Source: Eledone cirrhosa
Lineage: Eukaryota
NCBI GenBank assembly: GCA_964016885.1
Contig: OZ024744.1
Coordinates: 124,372,001 to 124,436,000, forward strand
Direction of reading: 5' to 3'
DNA length: 64,000 bases
The notes under the pieces were generated by a model. It made no database searches. It saw nothing but the letters and a program-made list of their open reading frames with translations, and was not told where the DNA came from. Position 1 is the stretch's first letter, and each line of letters opens with the position of its first letter. The translations under genes and the position numbers were made by a program. Shown in pieces: positions 24,301 through 39,900 of this stretch.

Positions 24301-27300
24301 ACCTACATGACCACTTTACAGTGTGGACTGGGTAATTTTTGTTGTGACACCTCCATGACCACTTTACAGTGTGTACTGAGTACTTTTGTCATGATAGTTA
24401 CATGACCACTTTACAGTGTGTACTGGGTGCTATTCGTTGTGACACCTACATGACCACTTTACAGTGTGGACTGGGTACTTTTTGTTGTGACACCAACATG
24501 ACCACTTTACAGTGTGGACTGGGTACATTATGTTGTGACACCTACATGACCACTTTACAGTGTGTACTGGATACTTTTTGTCGTGACACCTACATGACCA
24601 CTTGACTGTGTGGACTGGGTAGTTTTTGTTGTGACACCTACATGACCACTTTACAGTGTGTACTGGATACTTTTTGTCATGACACCTACATGACCACTTT
24701 ACTGTGTGTACTGGGGACTTTCTGTTGTGACACCTACATGACCACTTGACTGTGTGTACTGGGTACTTTTTGTTGTGACAAACTAATGACTACTTTACAG
24801 TGTGGACTGGGTAATTTATGCCATGACACCTACATGACCAAACAGTGTAGACTGGGTACTTTTTGTCATAAGACCTACATGGCCAGTTTACAGTATGTAC
24901 TGGGTACTTGTTGTGCCACCTACATGACTACTTTACAGTGTGTACTGGGTACTATTTGTCATGACACCTACATGTCCACTTTACAGTGTGGAATGGGTAA
25001 TTTTTCTCATGACACCTTCATAACCACTTTACAGTATGTACTGAGTAATTTTTGTTGTGACACCTACATGACTACTTTACAGTGTGTACTGGGTACTTTT
25101 TGTTGTGACACCTACATGACCACTTTACAGTGTGGACTGGGTAATTTTTGTTGTGACACCTACATGACCAGTTTACAGTGTGGACTGGGTACTTTTTGTT
25201 GTGGCACCTACATGACCACTTTACAGTGTGGACTGGGTACTTTTTGTTGTGACACCTACATGACCACTTTACAGTGTGGACTGGGTACTTTTTATTGTGA
25301 CACCTACATGACCACTTTACAGTGTGTACTGGGTACTGTCTGTTGTGACACCTACATGACCACTTGACTGTGTGTACTGGGTACTTATTGTTGTGACAAA
25401 CTAATGACTACTTTACAGTGTGGACTGGGTAATTTATGTCATGACACATACATGACCACACATTGTAGACTGGGTACTTTTTGTCGTGACACCTGCATGA
25501 CCACTTTACAATATGTACTGGGTACTTGTTGTGCCACCTACATGACTACTTTACAGTGTGTACTGGGTACTATTTGTCATGAGACCTACATGACCACTTT
25601 ACAGTGTGGAATGGGTACTTTTTGTTGTGACACCTACATAACCACCTTACAGTATGTACTGAGTAAATTTTGTTGTGACACCTACATGACCACTTACATT
25701 GTGGACTGGGTACTTTTTGTTGTGAAACCTACATGACCACTTTACAGTGTGGACTAGGTACATTATGTTGTGACGCCTACATGACCACTTTACATTGTGT
25801 ACTGGATACTTTTTGTCATGACACCTACATTACCACTTTACTGTGTGTACTGGGGACTTTCTGTTGTGACACCTACATGACCACTTGACTGTGTGTACTG
25901 GGTACTTTTTGTTGTGACAAACTAATAAATACTTTACAGTGTGGACTGGGTAATTTATGCCATGACACCTACATGACCACTTTACAGTGTGGACTGGGTA
26001 CATTATGTTGTGACACCTACATGACCACACAGTGTAGACTGGGTACTTTTTGTCATAACACCTACATGACCACTTTACAGCATGTACTGGGTACTTGTTG
26101 TGCAACTTACATGACTACTTAACAGTGTGTACTGGGTACTATTTGTCATGACACCTACATGTCCACTTTACAGTGTGGAATGGGTACTTTTTCTCATGAC
26201 ACCTTCATAACTACTTTACAGTATGTACTGAGTAATTTTTGTTGTGACACCTACATGACTACTTTACAGTGTGTACTGGGTACTTTTTGTCATGACACCT
26301 TCATGACCACTTTACAGTATGTACTGAGTACTTTTTGTTGTGACACCTACATGACCACTTAACAGTGTGGACTGGGTAATTTTTGTTGTGACACCTCCAT
26401 GACCACTTTACAGTGTGTACTGAGTACTTTTGTCATGATATTTACATGACCACTTTACAGTGTGTACTGGGTGCTATTTGTTGTGACACCTACATGACCA
26501 CTTTACAGTGTGGACTGGGTACTTTTTCTCATGACACCTTCATAACCACTTTACAGTATGTACTGAGTAAATTTTGTTGTGACACCTACATGACCACTTT
26601 CCAGTGTGTACTGGGTACTTTTTGTCATGACACCTTCATGACCACTTAACAGTATGTACTGAGTACTTTTTGTTGTGACACCTACATGATCACTTTACAG
26701 TGTGGACTGGGTAATTTTTGTTGTGACACCTCAATGACCACTTTACAGTGTGTACTGAGTACTTTTGTCATGATAGTTACATGACCACTTTACAGTGTGT
26801 ACTGGGTGCTATTTGTTGTGACACCTACATGACCACTTTACAGTGTGGACTGCGTACTTTTTGTCATGACACCTTCATGACCACTTTACAGTATGTACTG
26901 GGTACTTTTTGTTGTGACACCTACATGACCACTTTACAGTGTGGACTGGGTACTTTTTGTTGTGACACCTACATGACCACTTTACAGTGTGGACTGGGTA
27001 ATTTATGTCATGACACCTACATGACCACACAATGTAGACTGGGTACTTTTTGTCATAACACCTACATGACCACTTTACAGTATGTACTGGGTACTATTTG
27101 TCATGACACCTACATGACCACTTTACAGTGTGGAAGGGGTACTTTTTCTCATGACACCTTCATAACCACTTTACAGTATGTACTGAGTAATTTTTGTTGT
27201 TGCACCTACATGACCATTTTACAGTGTGTACTGGGTACTTTTTGTCATGACACCTCCATGACCACTTTACAGTATGTACTGGGTATTTTTTGTTGTGACA

Positions 27301-30300
27301 CCTACATGACCACTTTACAGTGTGGACTGGGTAATTTTTGTTGTGACACCTACATGACCACTTTACAGTGTGTACTGGGTACTATTTGTCAGGACACTTA
27401 CATGACCACTTTACAGTGTGGATGGGTACTTTTTCTCATGACACCTTCATAACCACTTTACAGTATGTACTGAGTAAAATTTGTTGTGACACCTACATGA
27501 CCACTTTACAGTGTGTACTGGGTACTTTTTGTTGTGACACCTACATGACCACTTTACAGTGTGTACTGGGTACTTTTTGTTGTGACACCTACATGACCAC
27601 TTTTCAGTGTGTACTGGGTACTTTTTCTCATGACACCTTCATAACCACTTTACAGTATGTACTGAGTAAATTTTGTTGTGACACCTACATGACCACTTTA
27701 CAGTATCTACTGGGAATTGTTGTGCCACCTACATGACTACTTTACAGTGTGTACTGGGTACTAATTGACATGACACCTATATGACTACTTTACAGTGTGT
27801 ACTGGGTGCTTGTTGTTGTGCCACCTACATGACCACTTTACAGTGTGGACTGGGTACTTTTTGTTGTGACACCTACATGACTACTTTACAGTGTAGACTG
27901 GGTACTTTTTGTCATAATACCTACATGACCACCTTACAGTATCTACTGGGAATTGTTGTGCCACCTACATGACTACTTTACAGTGTGTACTGGGTACTAT
28001 TTGACATGACACCTACATGACCACTTTACAGTGTGTACTGGGTGCTTGTTGTTATGCCACCTACATGACTACTTTACAGTATGGACTGGGTTCTTTTTGT
28101 TGTAAAACCTACATGACCACTTTATAGTGTGGAATGGCTACTTTCTCTCATGACACCTTCATAACCACTTTACAGTATGTACTGAGTAATTTTTGTTGGA
28201 CTCCTACATGACCAATTTACAATGTGTACTGGGTACTTTTTGTTGTGACACCTATATGACAACATTACAGTGTGTACTGGGTACTTTTTGTTGTGACACC
28301 TACATGACCACTTTACAGTATGGACTGGATACCTTATGTCGTGACACCTACATGACCACTTTACAGTGTGTACTGGGTACTTTTTGTCATAACCCCTACA
28401 TAAATACTTTGCAGTGTGGACTGAGTACTTTATGCTGTGACACCTACATGAGCACTTTACTGTGTGTACTGTTTACTTTTTGTTGTGACATCTACATGTC
28501 TACTTTACAGTATTGTCTGGGTACTTTTTGTTGTAAAACCTTCATAACCACTTTACAGTATGTACTGAGTTATTTTTGTTGAGTCACCTACATGACTACA
28601 TTACAGTGTGTACTGGGTACTTTTTGTCATGACACCTTCATGACCACTTTACAATATGTACTGGGTACTTTTTGTCATGACACCTACGTGACCACTTTAC
28701 AGTGTGTACTGGATACTTTTTGTCAGGAAACCTACATGACTACTTTATTGTGTGTACTGGGTACTTTTTATTGTGACACTTACATGACCACTTTACAGTG
28801 TGGACTGGGTACATTTTGTTGTGACACCTACATGACCACTTTGCAGTGTGTACTGGGTACTTTTTGTTGTTACACCTACATGACCACTTTACAGTGTGGA
28901 CTGCGTACTTTTTGTTGTGACACCATCATGACCACTTTACAGTGTGTACTGGGTACTTTTTGTTGACACCTACATGACCACTTTACAGTGTGGACTGGGT
29001 ACTTTGTCTTGTGACACCTACAAGACTGCTTTGCAGTGTGGACTGGGTACTTTTTGTCATGACACCTACATGATCACTTTACAGTATGTACTGGGTACTT
29101 GTTTTGCCACCTACATGACTACTTTCAGTATGTACTGGGTACTATTTGTCATGAAACCTACATGACCTCTTTACAGTGTGTACTGAGTGCTTATTGTTGT
29201 GCCAACTACATGACCACTTTACAGTGTGGAATGGGTACTTTTTGTTGTGACACCTACATGACCACTTTACACTGTGTAATGGGTACTTTTTGTTGTGACA
29301 ACTACATGACCACTTTACAGTGTGGAATGGGTACTTTTTGTTGTGACACCTACATGACCACTTTCCAGTGTTTACTGGGTATTTGTTGTCATGACACCTA
29401 CATGACCACTTTACATTCTGTACTGGGTACTTTTTGATGTGACGCCTACATGACCACTTTACAGTGTGAACTGGGTACTCTTTGTTGTGACATCTACATG
29501 ACAACTTTACAGTGTGTACTGGGTACTGTTTGTTGTGACACCTACATGACTACATTACAGTGTGTACTGGGTTCTTTTTGTTATGACACCTACATGACGA
29601 CTTTACAGTGTGTACTGGGTACTTTTTGCCGTGACACCTACATGACCACTTTACAGTGTGTACTGGGTGTTTGTTGTTGTGCCACCTACATGACTACTTT
29701 ACAGTGTGGAATAGGTACTTTTTATCATGACACCTTCATAACCACTTTACAGTATGTACTGAGTAATTTTTGTTGTGACACCTACATGACCACTTTACAG
29801 TGTGTACTGGGTACTTTTTGTCATGACACCTTCATGACCACTTTACAGTATGTACTGTGTACTTTTTGTTGTGACACCTACATGACTACTTTACAGTGTG
29901 GACTGGGTAATTTTTGTTGTGGCACCTACATGACCACTTTACAGTATGTACTGGGTACTTTTTATTCAGACACCTACATGACCACTTTACAGTGTATACT
30001 CGGTGCTTTTTGTTGTGACACCTACATGACCACTTTCCAGTGTTTACTGGGTATTTTTTGTAATGACACCTACATGACCACTTTACAGTGTGTACTGGGT
30101 ATTTTTTGTTGTGACACCTACATGACCACTTTATAGTGTGGACTGGGTACATTTTGTTGTGACACCTACATGACCACTTTACAGTGTGTACTGGGTACTT
30201 TTTGATGTGACACCTACAAGACCACTTTCCAGTGTTTACTGGGTACTTTTTGTCATGACACCTACATGACCACTTTACAGTGTTTACTGGGTATTTTTTG

Positions 30301-33300
30301 TCATGACACCTACATGACCACTTTACAGTGTGTACTGGGCACTTTTTGTCATGTTACCTACATGACCACTTTACAGTGTGTACAGGGTACTTTTTGTTGT
30401 GACACCTACATGACTACTTTACAGTGTGTACTGGGTACTTTTTGTTGTGACACCTACATGACCAATTTACAATGTGTACTGGGTACTTTTTGTTGTGACA
30501 CCTACATGACCACTTTACAGTTTGTACTGGGTACTTTTTGTTGTGACACCTACATGACTACTTTACAGTGTGTACTGAGTACTTTTTGCGGTGACACCTA
30601 CATGTCTACTTTACAGTGTGGACTGAGTACTTTTTGTTGTGACACCTGCATGTCTACTTTACAGTGTGGACTGGGTACTTTTTGTTGTAAAACTTACATG
30701 ACCACTTTACAGTGTAAAATGGCTACTTTTTGTCATGACACCTTCATAACCACTTTACAGTATGTACTGAGTTATTTTTGTTGAGACACCTTCATAACCA
30801 CTTTACAGTATGTACTGGGTGCTTTTTGTTGTGACACCTACAAGACAACTTTGCCGTCTTTACTGGGTATTTTTTGTCATGATACCTACATGACTACTTT
30901 ACAGTGTGGACTGGGTACTTTGTCTTGTGACACCTACATGACTACTTTACAGTGTGGACTGGGTACTTTGTCTTGTGACACCTACATGACTACTTTCTAG
31001 TGTGGACTGGGTACTTTTTGTCATGACACCTACATGACCACACAGCGTAGACTGGGTACTTTTTGTCATGACACCTTCATGACCACATTACAGTATCTAC
31101 TGGGAATTGTTGTGCCACCTACATGACTACTTTACAGTGTGTACTGGGTGCTTGTTGTTGTGCCACCTACATGACTACTTTACAGTATGAACTGGGTTCT
31201 TTTTATTGTAAAACCTACATGACCACTTTATAGTGTGGAATGGCTACTTTTTGTCATGACACCTTCATAACCACTTTACAGTATGTACTGAGTAATTTTT
31301 GTTGTGACTCCTACATGACCAATTTACAATGTGTACTGGGTACTTTTTGTTGTGACACCTATATGACAACATTACAGTGTGTACTGGGTACTTTTTGATG
31401 TGACACCTACATGACCAGTTTCCAGTGTTTACTGGGTACTTTTTGTCATGACACCTACATGACCGCTTTACAGTGTGGACTGGGTACTTTTTGTTGTGAC
31501 ACCTACATGACCACTTTACTGTGTGTACTGGGTACTTTTTGTTGTGACACCTACATGACTACTTTACAGTGTGGACTGGGTAATTTATGTCATGACACCT
31601 ACATGACCACACATTGTAGACTGGGTACTTTTTGTCATAACACCTACATGACCACTTTACAGTATGTACTGGGTACTTGTTGTGCCACCTACATGACTGC
31701 TTTACAGTGTGTACTGGGTACTATTTGTCATGAGACTACATGACCACTTTACAGTGTGTACTGGGTGCTTGTTGTTGAGCCACCTACATGACTACTTTAC
31801 AGTGTGGCATAGGTACTTTTTATCATGACACCTTCATAACCACTTTACAGTATGTACTGAGTAATTTTTGTTGTGACACCTACATGACCACTTTACAGTG
31901 TGGAATGGGTACTTTTTGTTGTGACATCTATATAACCACTTTACAGTGTGGAATGGGTACTTTTTGTTGTGACACCTACATGACCACTTTACAGTGTGTA
32001 CTGGGGACTTTTTGTTGGGACACCTACATGACCACTTTACAGTGTGTACTGGGTACTTTTTTTTGTGACACCTACATGACCACTTTACAGTGTATACTCG
32101 GTACTTTTTGTTGTGACACCTACATGACCACTTTCCAGTGTTTACTGGGTATTTTTTGTTGTGACACCTACATGACCACTTTACAGTGTGTACTGGGTAC
32201 TTTTTGTTGTGACACCTACATTACCACTTTACCATGTGGACTGGGTACATTTTGTTGTGACACCTACATGACTACTTTACAGTGTGGACTGGGTAACTTA
32301 TGTCATGACACCTACATGACCACACATTGTAGACTGGGTACTCTTTGTCATAACACCTACATGACCACTTTACAGTATGTACTGGGTACTTGTTGTGCCA
32401 CCTACATGACTACTTTACAGTGTGTACTGGGTACTATGTGTCATGACACCTACATGACCACTTTACAGTGTGCAATGGGTACTTTTTCTCATGACACCTT
32501 CATAACCACTTTACAGTATGTACTGAGTAATTTTTGTTGTGACACCTACATGACCATTTTACAGTGTCTACTGGGTACTTTTTGTCATGACACCTTCATG
32601 ACCACTTTACAGTATGTACTGGGTATTTTTTGTTGTGACACCTACATGACCACTTTACAGTGTGGACTGGGTAATTTTTGTTGTGATACCTACATGACCA
32701 CTTTACAGTGTGTATTGGGTACTATTTGTCAGGACACTTACATGACCACTTTACAGTGTGGACTGACTGGGTATTTTTTCTCATGACACCTTCATAACCA
32801 CTTTACAGTATGTACTGAGTAAATTTTGTTGTGACACCTACATGACCAATTTACAGTGTGGATGGGTATTTTTTCTCATGACACCTTCATAACCACTTTA
32901 CAGTATGTACTGAGTAAATTTTGTTGTGAGACCTACATGACCACTTTACAGTGTGTACTGGGTACTTTTTGTTGTGACACCTACATGACCACTTTACAGT
33001 GTGTACTGGGTACTTTTTGTTGTGACACCTACATGACCACTTTACAGTGTGTACTGGGTACTTTTTCTCATGACTCCTTCATAACCACTTTACAGTATGT
33101 ACTGAGTAAATTTTGTTGTGACACCTACATGACCACTTTACAGTGTGTACTGGGTACTTTTTGTCATGACACCTTCATGACCACTTTACAGTATGTACTG
33201 GGTACTTTTTGTTGTGACACCTACATGACCACTTTACAGTGTGGACTGGGTACTTTTTGTTGTGACACCTACATGACCACTTTACAGTGTGGACTGGGTA

Positions 33301-36300
33301 CATTATGTTGTGACACTTACATGACTACTTTACAGTGTGTACTGGGTACTATTTGTCATGACACCTACATGTCAACTTTACAGTGTGGAATGGGTACTTT
33401 TTCTCATGACACCTTCATAACCACTTTACCGTATGTACTGAGTAATTTTTGTTGTGACACCTACATGACTACTTTACAGTGTGTACTGGGTACTTTTTGT
33501 CATGACACCTTCATGACCACTTTACAGTATGTACTGAGTACTTTTTGTTGTGACACCTACATGACCACTTTACAGTGTGGACTGGGTAATTTTTGTTGTG
33601 ACACCTCCATGACCACTTTACAGTGTGTACTGAGTACTTTTGTCATGATAGTTACATGACCACTTTACAGTGTGTACTGGGTGCTATTCGTTGTGACACC
33701 TACATGACCACTTTACAGTGTGGACTGGGTACTTTTTGTTGTGACACCAACATGACCACTTTACAGTGTGGACTGGGTACATTATGTTGTGACACCTACA
33801 TGACCACTTTACAGTGTGTACTGGATACTTTTTGTCGTGACACCTACATGACCACTTGACTGTGTGGACTGGGTAGTTTTTGTTGTGACACCTACATGAC
33901 CACTTTACAGTGTGTACTGGATACTTTTTGTCATGACACCTACATGACCACTTTACTGTGTGTACTGGGGACTTTCTGTTGTGACACCTACATGACCACT
34001 TGACTGTGTGTACTGGGTACTTTTTGTTGTGACAAACTAATGACTACTTTACAGTGTGGACTGGGTAATTTATGCCATGACACCTACATGACCAAACAGT
34101 GTAGACTGGGTACTTTTTGTCATAACACCTACATGGCCAGTTTACAGTATGTACTGGGTACTTGTTGTGCCACCTACATGACTACTTTACAGTGTGTACT
34201 GGGTACTATTTGTCATGACACCTACATGTCCACTTTACAGTGTGGAATGGGTAATTTTTCTCATGACACCTTCATAACCACTTTACAGTATGTACTGAGT
34301 AATTTTTGTTGTGACACCTACATGACTACTTTACAGTGTGTACTGGGTACTTTTTGTTGTGACACCTACATGACCACTTTACAGTGTGGACTGGGTAATT
34401 TTTGTTGTGACACCTACATGACCAGTTTACAGTGTGGACTGGGTACTTTTTGTTGTGGCACCTACATGACCACTTTACAGTGTGGACTGGGTACTTTTTG
34501 TTGTGACACCTACATGACCACTTTACAGTGTGGACTGGGTACTTTTTATTGTGACACCTACATGACCACTTTACAGTGTGTACTGGGTACTGTCTGTTGT
34601 GACACCTACATGACCACTTGACTGTGTGTACTGGGTACTTATTGTTGTGACAAACTAATGACTACTTTACAGTGTGGACTGGGTAATTTATGTCATGACA
34701 CATACATGACCACACATTGTAGACTGGGTACTTTTTGTCGTGACACCTGCATGACCACTTTACAATATGTACTGGGTACTTGTTGTGCCACCTACATGAC
34801 TACTTTACAGTGTGTACTGGGTACTATTTGTCATGAGACCTACATGACCACTTTACAGTGTGGAATGGGTACTTTTTGTTGTGACACCTACATAACCACC
34901 TTACAGTATGTACTGAGTAAATTTTGTTGTGACACCTACATGACCACTTACATTGTGGACTGGGTACTTTTTGTTGTGAAACCTACATGACCACTTTACA
35001 GTGTGGACTAGGTACATTATGTTGTGACGCCTACATGACCACTTTACATTGTGTACTGGATACTTTTTGTCATGACACCTACATTACCACTTTACTGTGT
35101 GTACTGGGGACTTTCTGTTGTGACACCTACATGACCACTTGACTGTGTGTACTGGGTACTTTTTGTTGTGACAAACTAATAAATACTTTACAGTGTGGAC
35201 TGGGTAATTTATGCCATGACACCTACATGACCACTTTACAGTGTGGACTGGGTACATTATGTTGTGACACCTACATGACCACACAGTGTAGACTGGGTAC
35301 TTTTTGTCATAACACCTACATGACCACTTTACAGCATGTACTGGGTACTTGTTGTGCAACTTACATGACTACTTAACAGTGTGTACTGGGTACTATTTGT
35401 CATGACACCTACATGTCCACTTTACAGTGTGGAATGGGTACTTTTTCTCATGACACCTTCATAACTACTTTACAGTATGTACTGAGTAATTTTTGTTGTG
35501 ACACCTACATGACTACTTTACAGTGTGTACTGGGTACTTTTTGTCATGACACCTTCATGACCACTTTACAGTATGTACTGAGTACTTTTTGTTGTGACAC
35601 CTACATGACCACTTAACAGTGTGGACTGGGTAATTTTTGTTGTGACACCTCCATGACCACTTTACAGTGTGTACTGAGTACTTTTGTCATGATATTTACA
35701 TGACCACTTTACAGTGTGTACTGGGTGCTATTTGTTGTGACACCTACATGACCACTTTACAGTGTGGACTGGGTACTTTTTCTCATGACACCTTCATAAC
35801 CACTTTACAGTATGTACTGAGTAAATTTTGTTGTGACACCTACATGACCACTTTCCAGTGTGTACTGGGTACTTTTTGTCATGACACCTTCATGACCACT
35901 TAACAGTATGTACTGAGTACTTTTTGTTGTGACACCTACATGATCACTTTACAGTGTGGACTGGGTAATTTTTGTTGTGACACCTCAATGACCACTTTAC
36001 AGTGTGTACTGAGTACTTTTGTCATGATAGTTACATGACCACTTTACAGTGTGTACTGGGTGCTATTTGTTGTGACACCTACATGACCACTTTACAGTGT
36101 GGACTGCGTACTTTTTGTCATGACACCTTCATGACCACTTTACAGTATGTACTGGGTACTTTTTGTTGTGACACCTACATGACCACTTTACAGTGTGGAC
36201 TGGGTACTTTTTGTTGTGACACCTACATGACCACTTTACAGTGTGGACTGGGTAATTTATGTCATGACACCTACATGACCACACAATGTAGACTGGGTAC

Positions 36301-36952
36301 TTTTTGTCATAACACCTACATGACCACTTTACAGTATGTACTGGGTACTATTTGTCATGACACCTACATGACCACTTTACAGTGTGGAAGGGGTACTTTT
36401 TCTCATGACACCTTCATAACCACTTTACAGTATGTACTGAGTAATTTTTGTTGTTGCACCTACATGACCATTTTACAGTGTGTACTGGGTACTTTTTGTC
36501 ATGACACCTCCATGACCACTTTACAGTATGTACTGGGTATTTTTTGTTGTGACACCTACATGACCACTTTACAGTGTGGACTGGGTAATTTTTGTTGTGA
36601 CACCTACATGACCACTTTACAGTGTGTACTGGGTACTATTTGTCAGGACACTTACATGACCACTTTACAGTGTGGATGGGTACTTTTTCTCATGACACCT
36701 TCATAACCACTTTACAGTATGTACTGAGTAAAATTTGTTGTGACACCTACATGACCACTTTACAGTGTGTACTGGGTACTTTTTGTTGTGACACCTACAT
36801 GACCACTTTACAGTGTGTACTGGGTACTTTTTGTTGTGACACCTACATGACCACTTTTCAGTGTGTACTGGGTACTTTTTCTCATGACACCTTCATAACC
36901 ACTTTACAGTATGTACTGAGTAAATTTTGTTGTGACACCTACATGACCACTT
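18395..36952. repeat. Near-identical ~9.3-kb tandem duplication within the satellite (copy 1 about 18395-27696, copy 2 about 27697-36952)
   Basis: The ORF track repeats at offset 9302 (18479/27781, 18891/28193, 20148/29450, 22486/31788), then at 9254 (23602/32856, 26748/36002, 27368/36622) after loss of one monomer. Confidence 0.95.
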
Positions 36953-39900
36953 TTCAGTGTGTACTGGGTACTTTTTGTCATGACACCTTCATGACCACTT
37001 TACAGTATGTACTGGGTACTTTTTGTTGTGACACCTACATAACCACTTTACAGCGTGGACTGGGTACTTTTTGTTGTAACACCTACATGACCACTTTACA
37101 GTGTGGACTGGGTACATTATGTTGTGACACCTACATGACCACTTTAGTGTGTACTGGACACTTTTTGTCGTGACACCTACATGACCACTTTACAGTGTGG
37201 ACTGGGTAGTTTTTGTTGTGACAGCTACATGACCACTTTACAGTGTGTACTGGATACTTTTTGTAATGACACCTACATGACCACTTTACTGTGTGTACTG
37301 GGGACTTTCTGTTGTGACACCTACATGACCACTTGACTGTGTGTACTGGGTACTTTTTCTTCTGACAAACTAATAACTACTTTACAGTGTCGACTGGGTA
37401 ATTTATGCCATGACACCTACATGACCACTCAGTGTAGACTGGGTTCTTTTTGTCATGACACCTGCATGACCACTTTACAGTATGTACTGGGTACTTGTTG
37501 TGCCACCTACATGACTACTTTACAGTGTGTACTGGGTACTATTTCTTATGACCCCTACATGACCACTTTACAGTGTGTACTGGGTACTATTTGTCATGAC
37601 ACCTACATGTCCACTTTACAGTGTGGAATGGGTACTTTTTCTCATGACACCTTCATAACCACTTTACAGTATGTACTGAGTAATTTTTGTTGTGTCACCT
37701 ACATGACTACTTCACAGTGTGTACTGGGTACTTTTTGTCATGACACCTTCATGACCACTTTACAGTATGTACTGAGTACTTTTTCTTGTGACACCTACAT
37801 GACCACTTTACAGTGTGGACTGGGTACATTATGTTGTGACACCTACATGACCACTTTAGTGTGTACTGGATACTTTTTGTCGTGCCATCTACATGACCAC
37901 TTTACAGTGTGGACTGGGTAGTTTTTGTTGTGACACCTCCATGACCACGTTACAGTGTGTACTGAGTACTTTTGTCATGATAGTTACATGAACACTTTAC
38001 AGTGTGTACTGGGTGCTATTTGTTGTGACACCTACATGACAACTTTACAGTGTGGACTGGGTACTTTTTCTCATGACACCTTCATAACCACTTTACAGTA
38101 TGTACTGAGTAAATTTTGTTGTGACACCTACATGACCACTTTCCAGTGTGTACTGGGTACTTTTTGTCATGAGACCTTCATGAACACTTTACAGTATGTA
38201 CTGGGTACTTTTTGTTGTGACACCTACATGACCACTTTACAGTATGGACTGGGTACATTATGTTGTGACACCTATATTACCACTTTACTGTGTACTGGAT
38301 ACTTTTTGTCGTGACACCTACATGACCACTTTACAGTGTGGACTGGGTAGTTTTTGTTGTGACACCTACATGACTAATTTACAGTGTGTACTGGATACTT
38401 TTTGTCATGACACCTACATGACCACTTTACTGTGTGTACTGGGGACTTTCTGTTGTGACACCTACATGACCACGTGACTGTGTGAACTGGGTACTTTTTG
38501 TTGTGACAAACTAATAACTACTTTACAGTGTGGACTGGGTAATTTATGCCATGACACCTACATGACCACACAGTGTAGACTGGGTACTTTTTGTCATAAC
38601 ACCTACATGACCACTTTACAGTATGTACTGGGTACTTGTTGTGCCACCTACATGACTCCTTTACAGTGTGTACTGGGTACTATTTGTCATGACACCTACA
38701 TGTCCACTTTGCAGTGTGGAATGGGTACTTTTTGTTGTGACACCTACATGACCACTTTACAGTGTGGACTGGGTACATTATGTTGTGACACCTACATGAC
38801 CACTTTACAGTGTGTACTGGATACTTTTTGTTGTGACACCTACATGACCACTTTACAGTGTGGACTGGGTACATTATGTTGTGACACCTACATGACCACT
38901 TTACAGTGTGTACTGCATACTTTTTGTTGTGAAACCTACATGACCACTTTACAGTGTGTACTGGATACTTTTTGTCGTGACACCTACATGACCACTTTAC
39001 AGTGTCGACTGGGTAGTTTTTGTTGTGACACCTACATGACCACTTTACAGTGTGTACTGGATACTTTTTGTCATGACACCTACATGACCACTTTACTGTG
39101 TGTACTGGGGACTTCCTGTTGTGACAGCTACATGACCACTTGACTGTGTGGACTGGGTACTTTTTGTTGTGACACCTACATGACCACTTTACAGTGTGGT
39201 CTGGGTATATTATGTTGTGACACCAACATGACCACACAGTGTAGACTGGGTACTTTTTGTCATAACACCTACATGACCACTTTACAATGTGGATGGGTAC
39301 TTTTTGTTGTGACACCTACATGACCACTTTACAGTGTGTACTGGGTACTATTTGTCATGACACCTACATGACCACTTTACACTGTGTACTGGGTACTTTT
39401 TGTTGTGACACCTACATGACCACTTTACAGTGTGTACTGGGTGCTATTTGTGGGGACACCTACATGACCACTTTACAGTGTGGATGGGTACTTTCTCTCA
39501 TGACACCTTCATAACCACTTTACAGTATGTACTGAGTAAATTTTGTTGTGACACCTACATGACCACTTTACAGTGTGGACTGGGTACTTTTTGTCATGAC
39601 ACCTACACGACCACTTTACAGTGTGGACTGGGTACTTTTTGTTGTGACACCTACATGACCACTTTACAGTGTGGACTGGGTACTTTTTGTTGTGACACCT
39701 ACATGACCACTTTACAGTGTGGACTGGATACTTTTTGTCGTGACTCCTACATGACCACTTTACAGTGTGGACTGGGTAGTTTTTGTTGTGACACCTACAT
39801 GACCACACAGTGTAGACTGGGTACTTTTTGTCATAACAACTACATGAACACTTTACAGTATGTACTGGGTACTTGTTGTGCCACCTACATGACCACTTTA

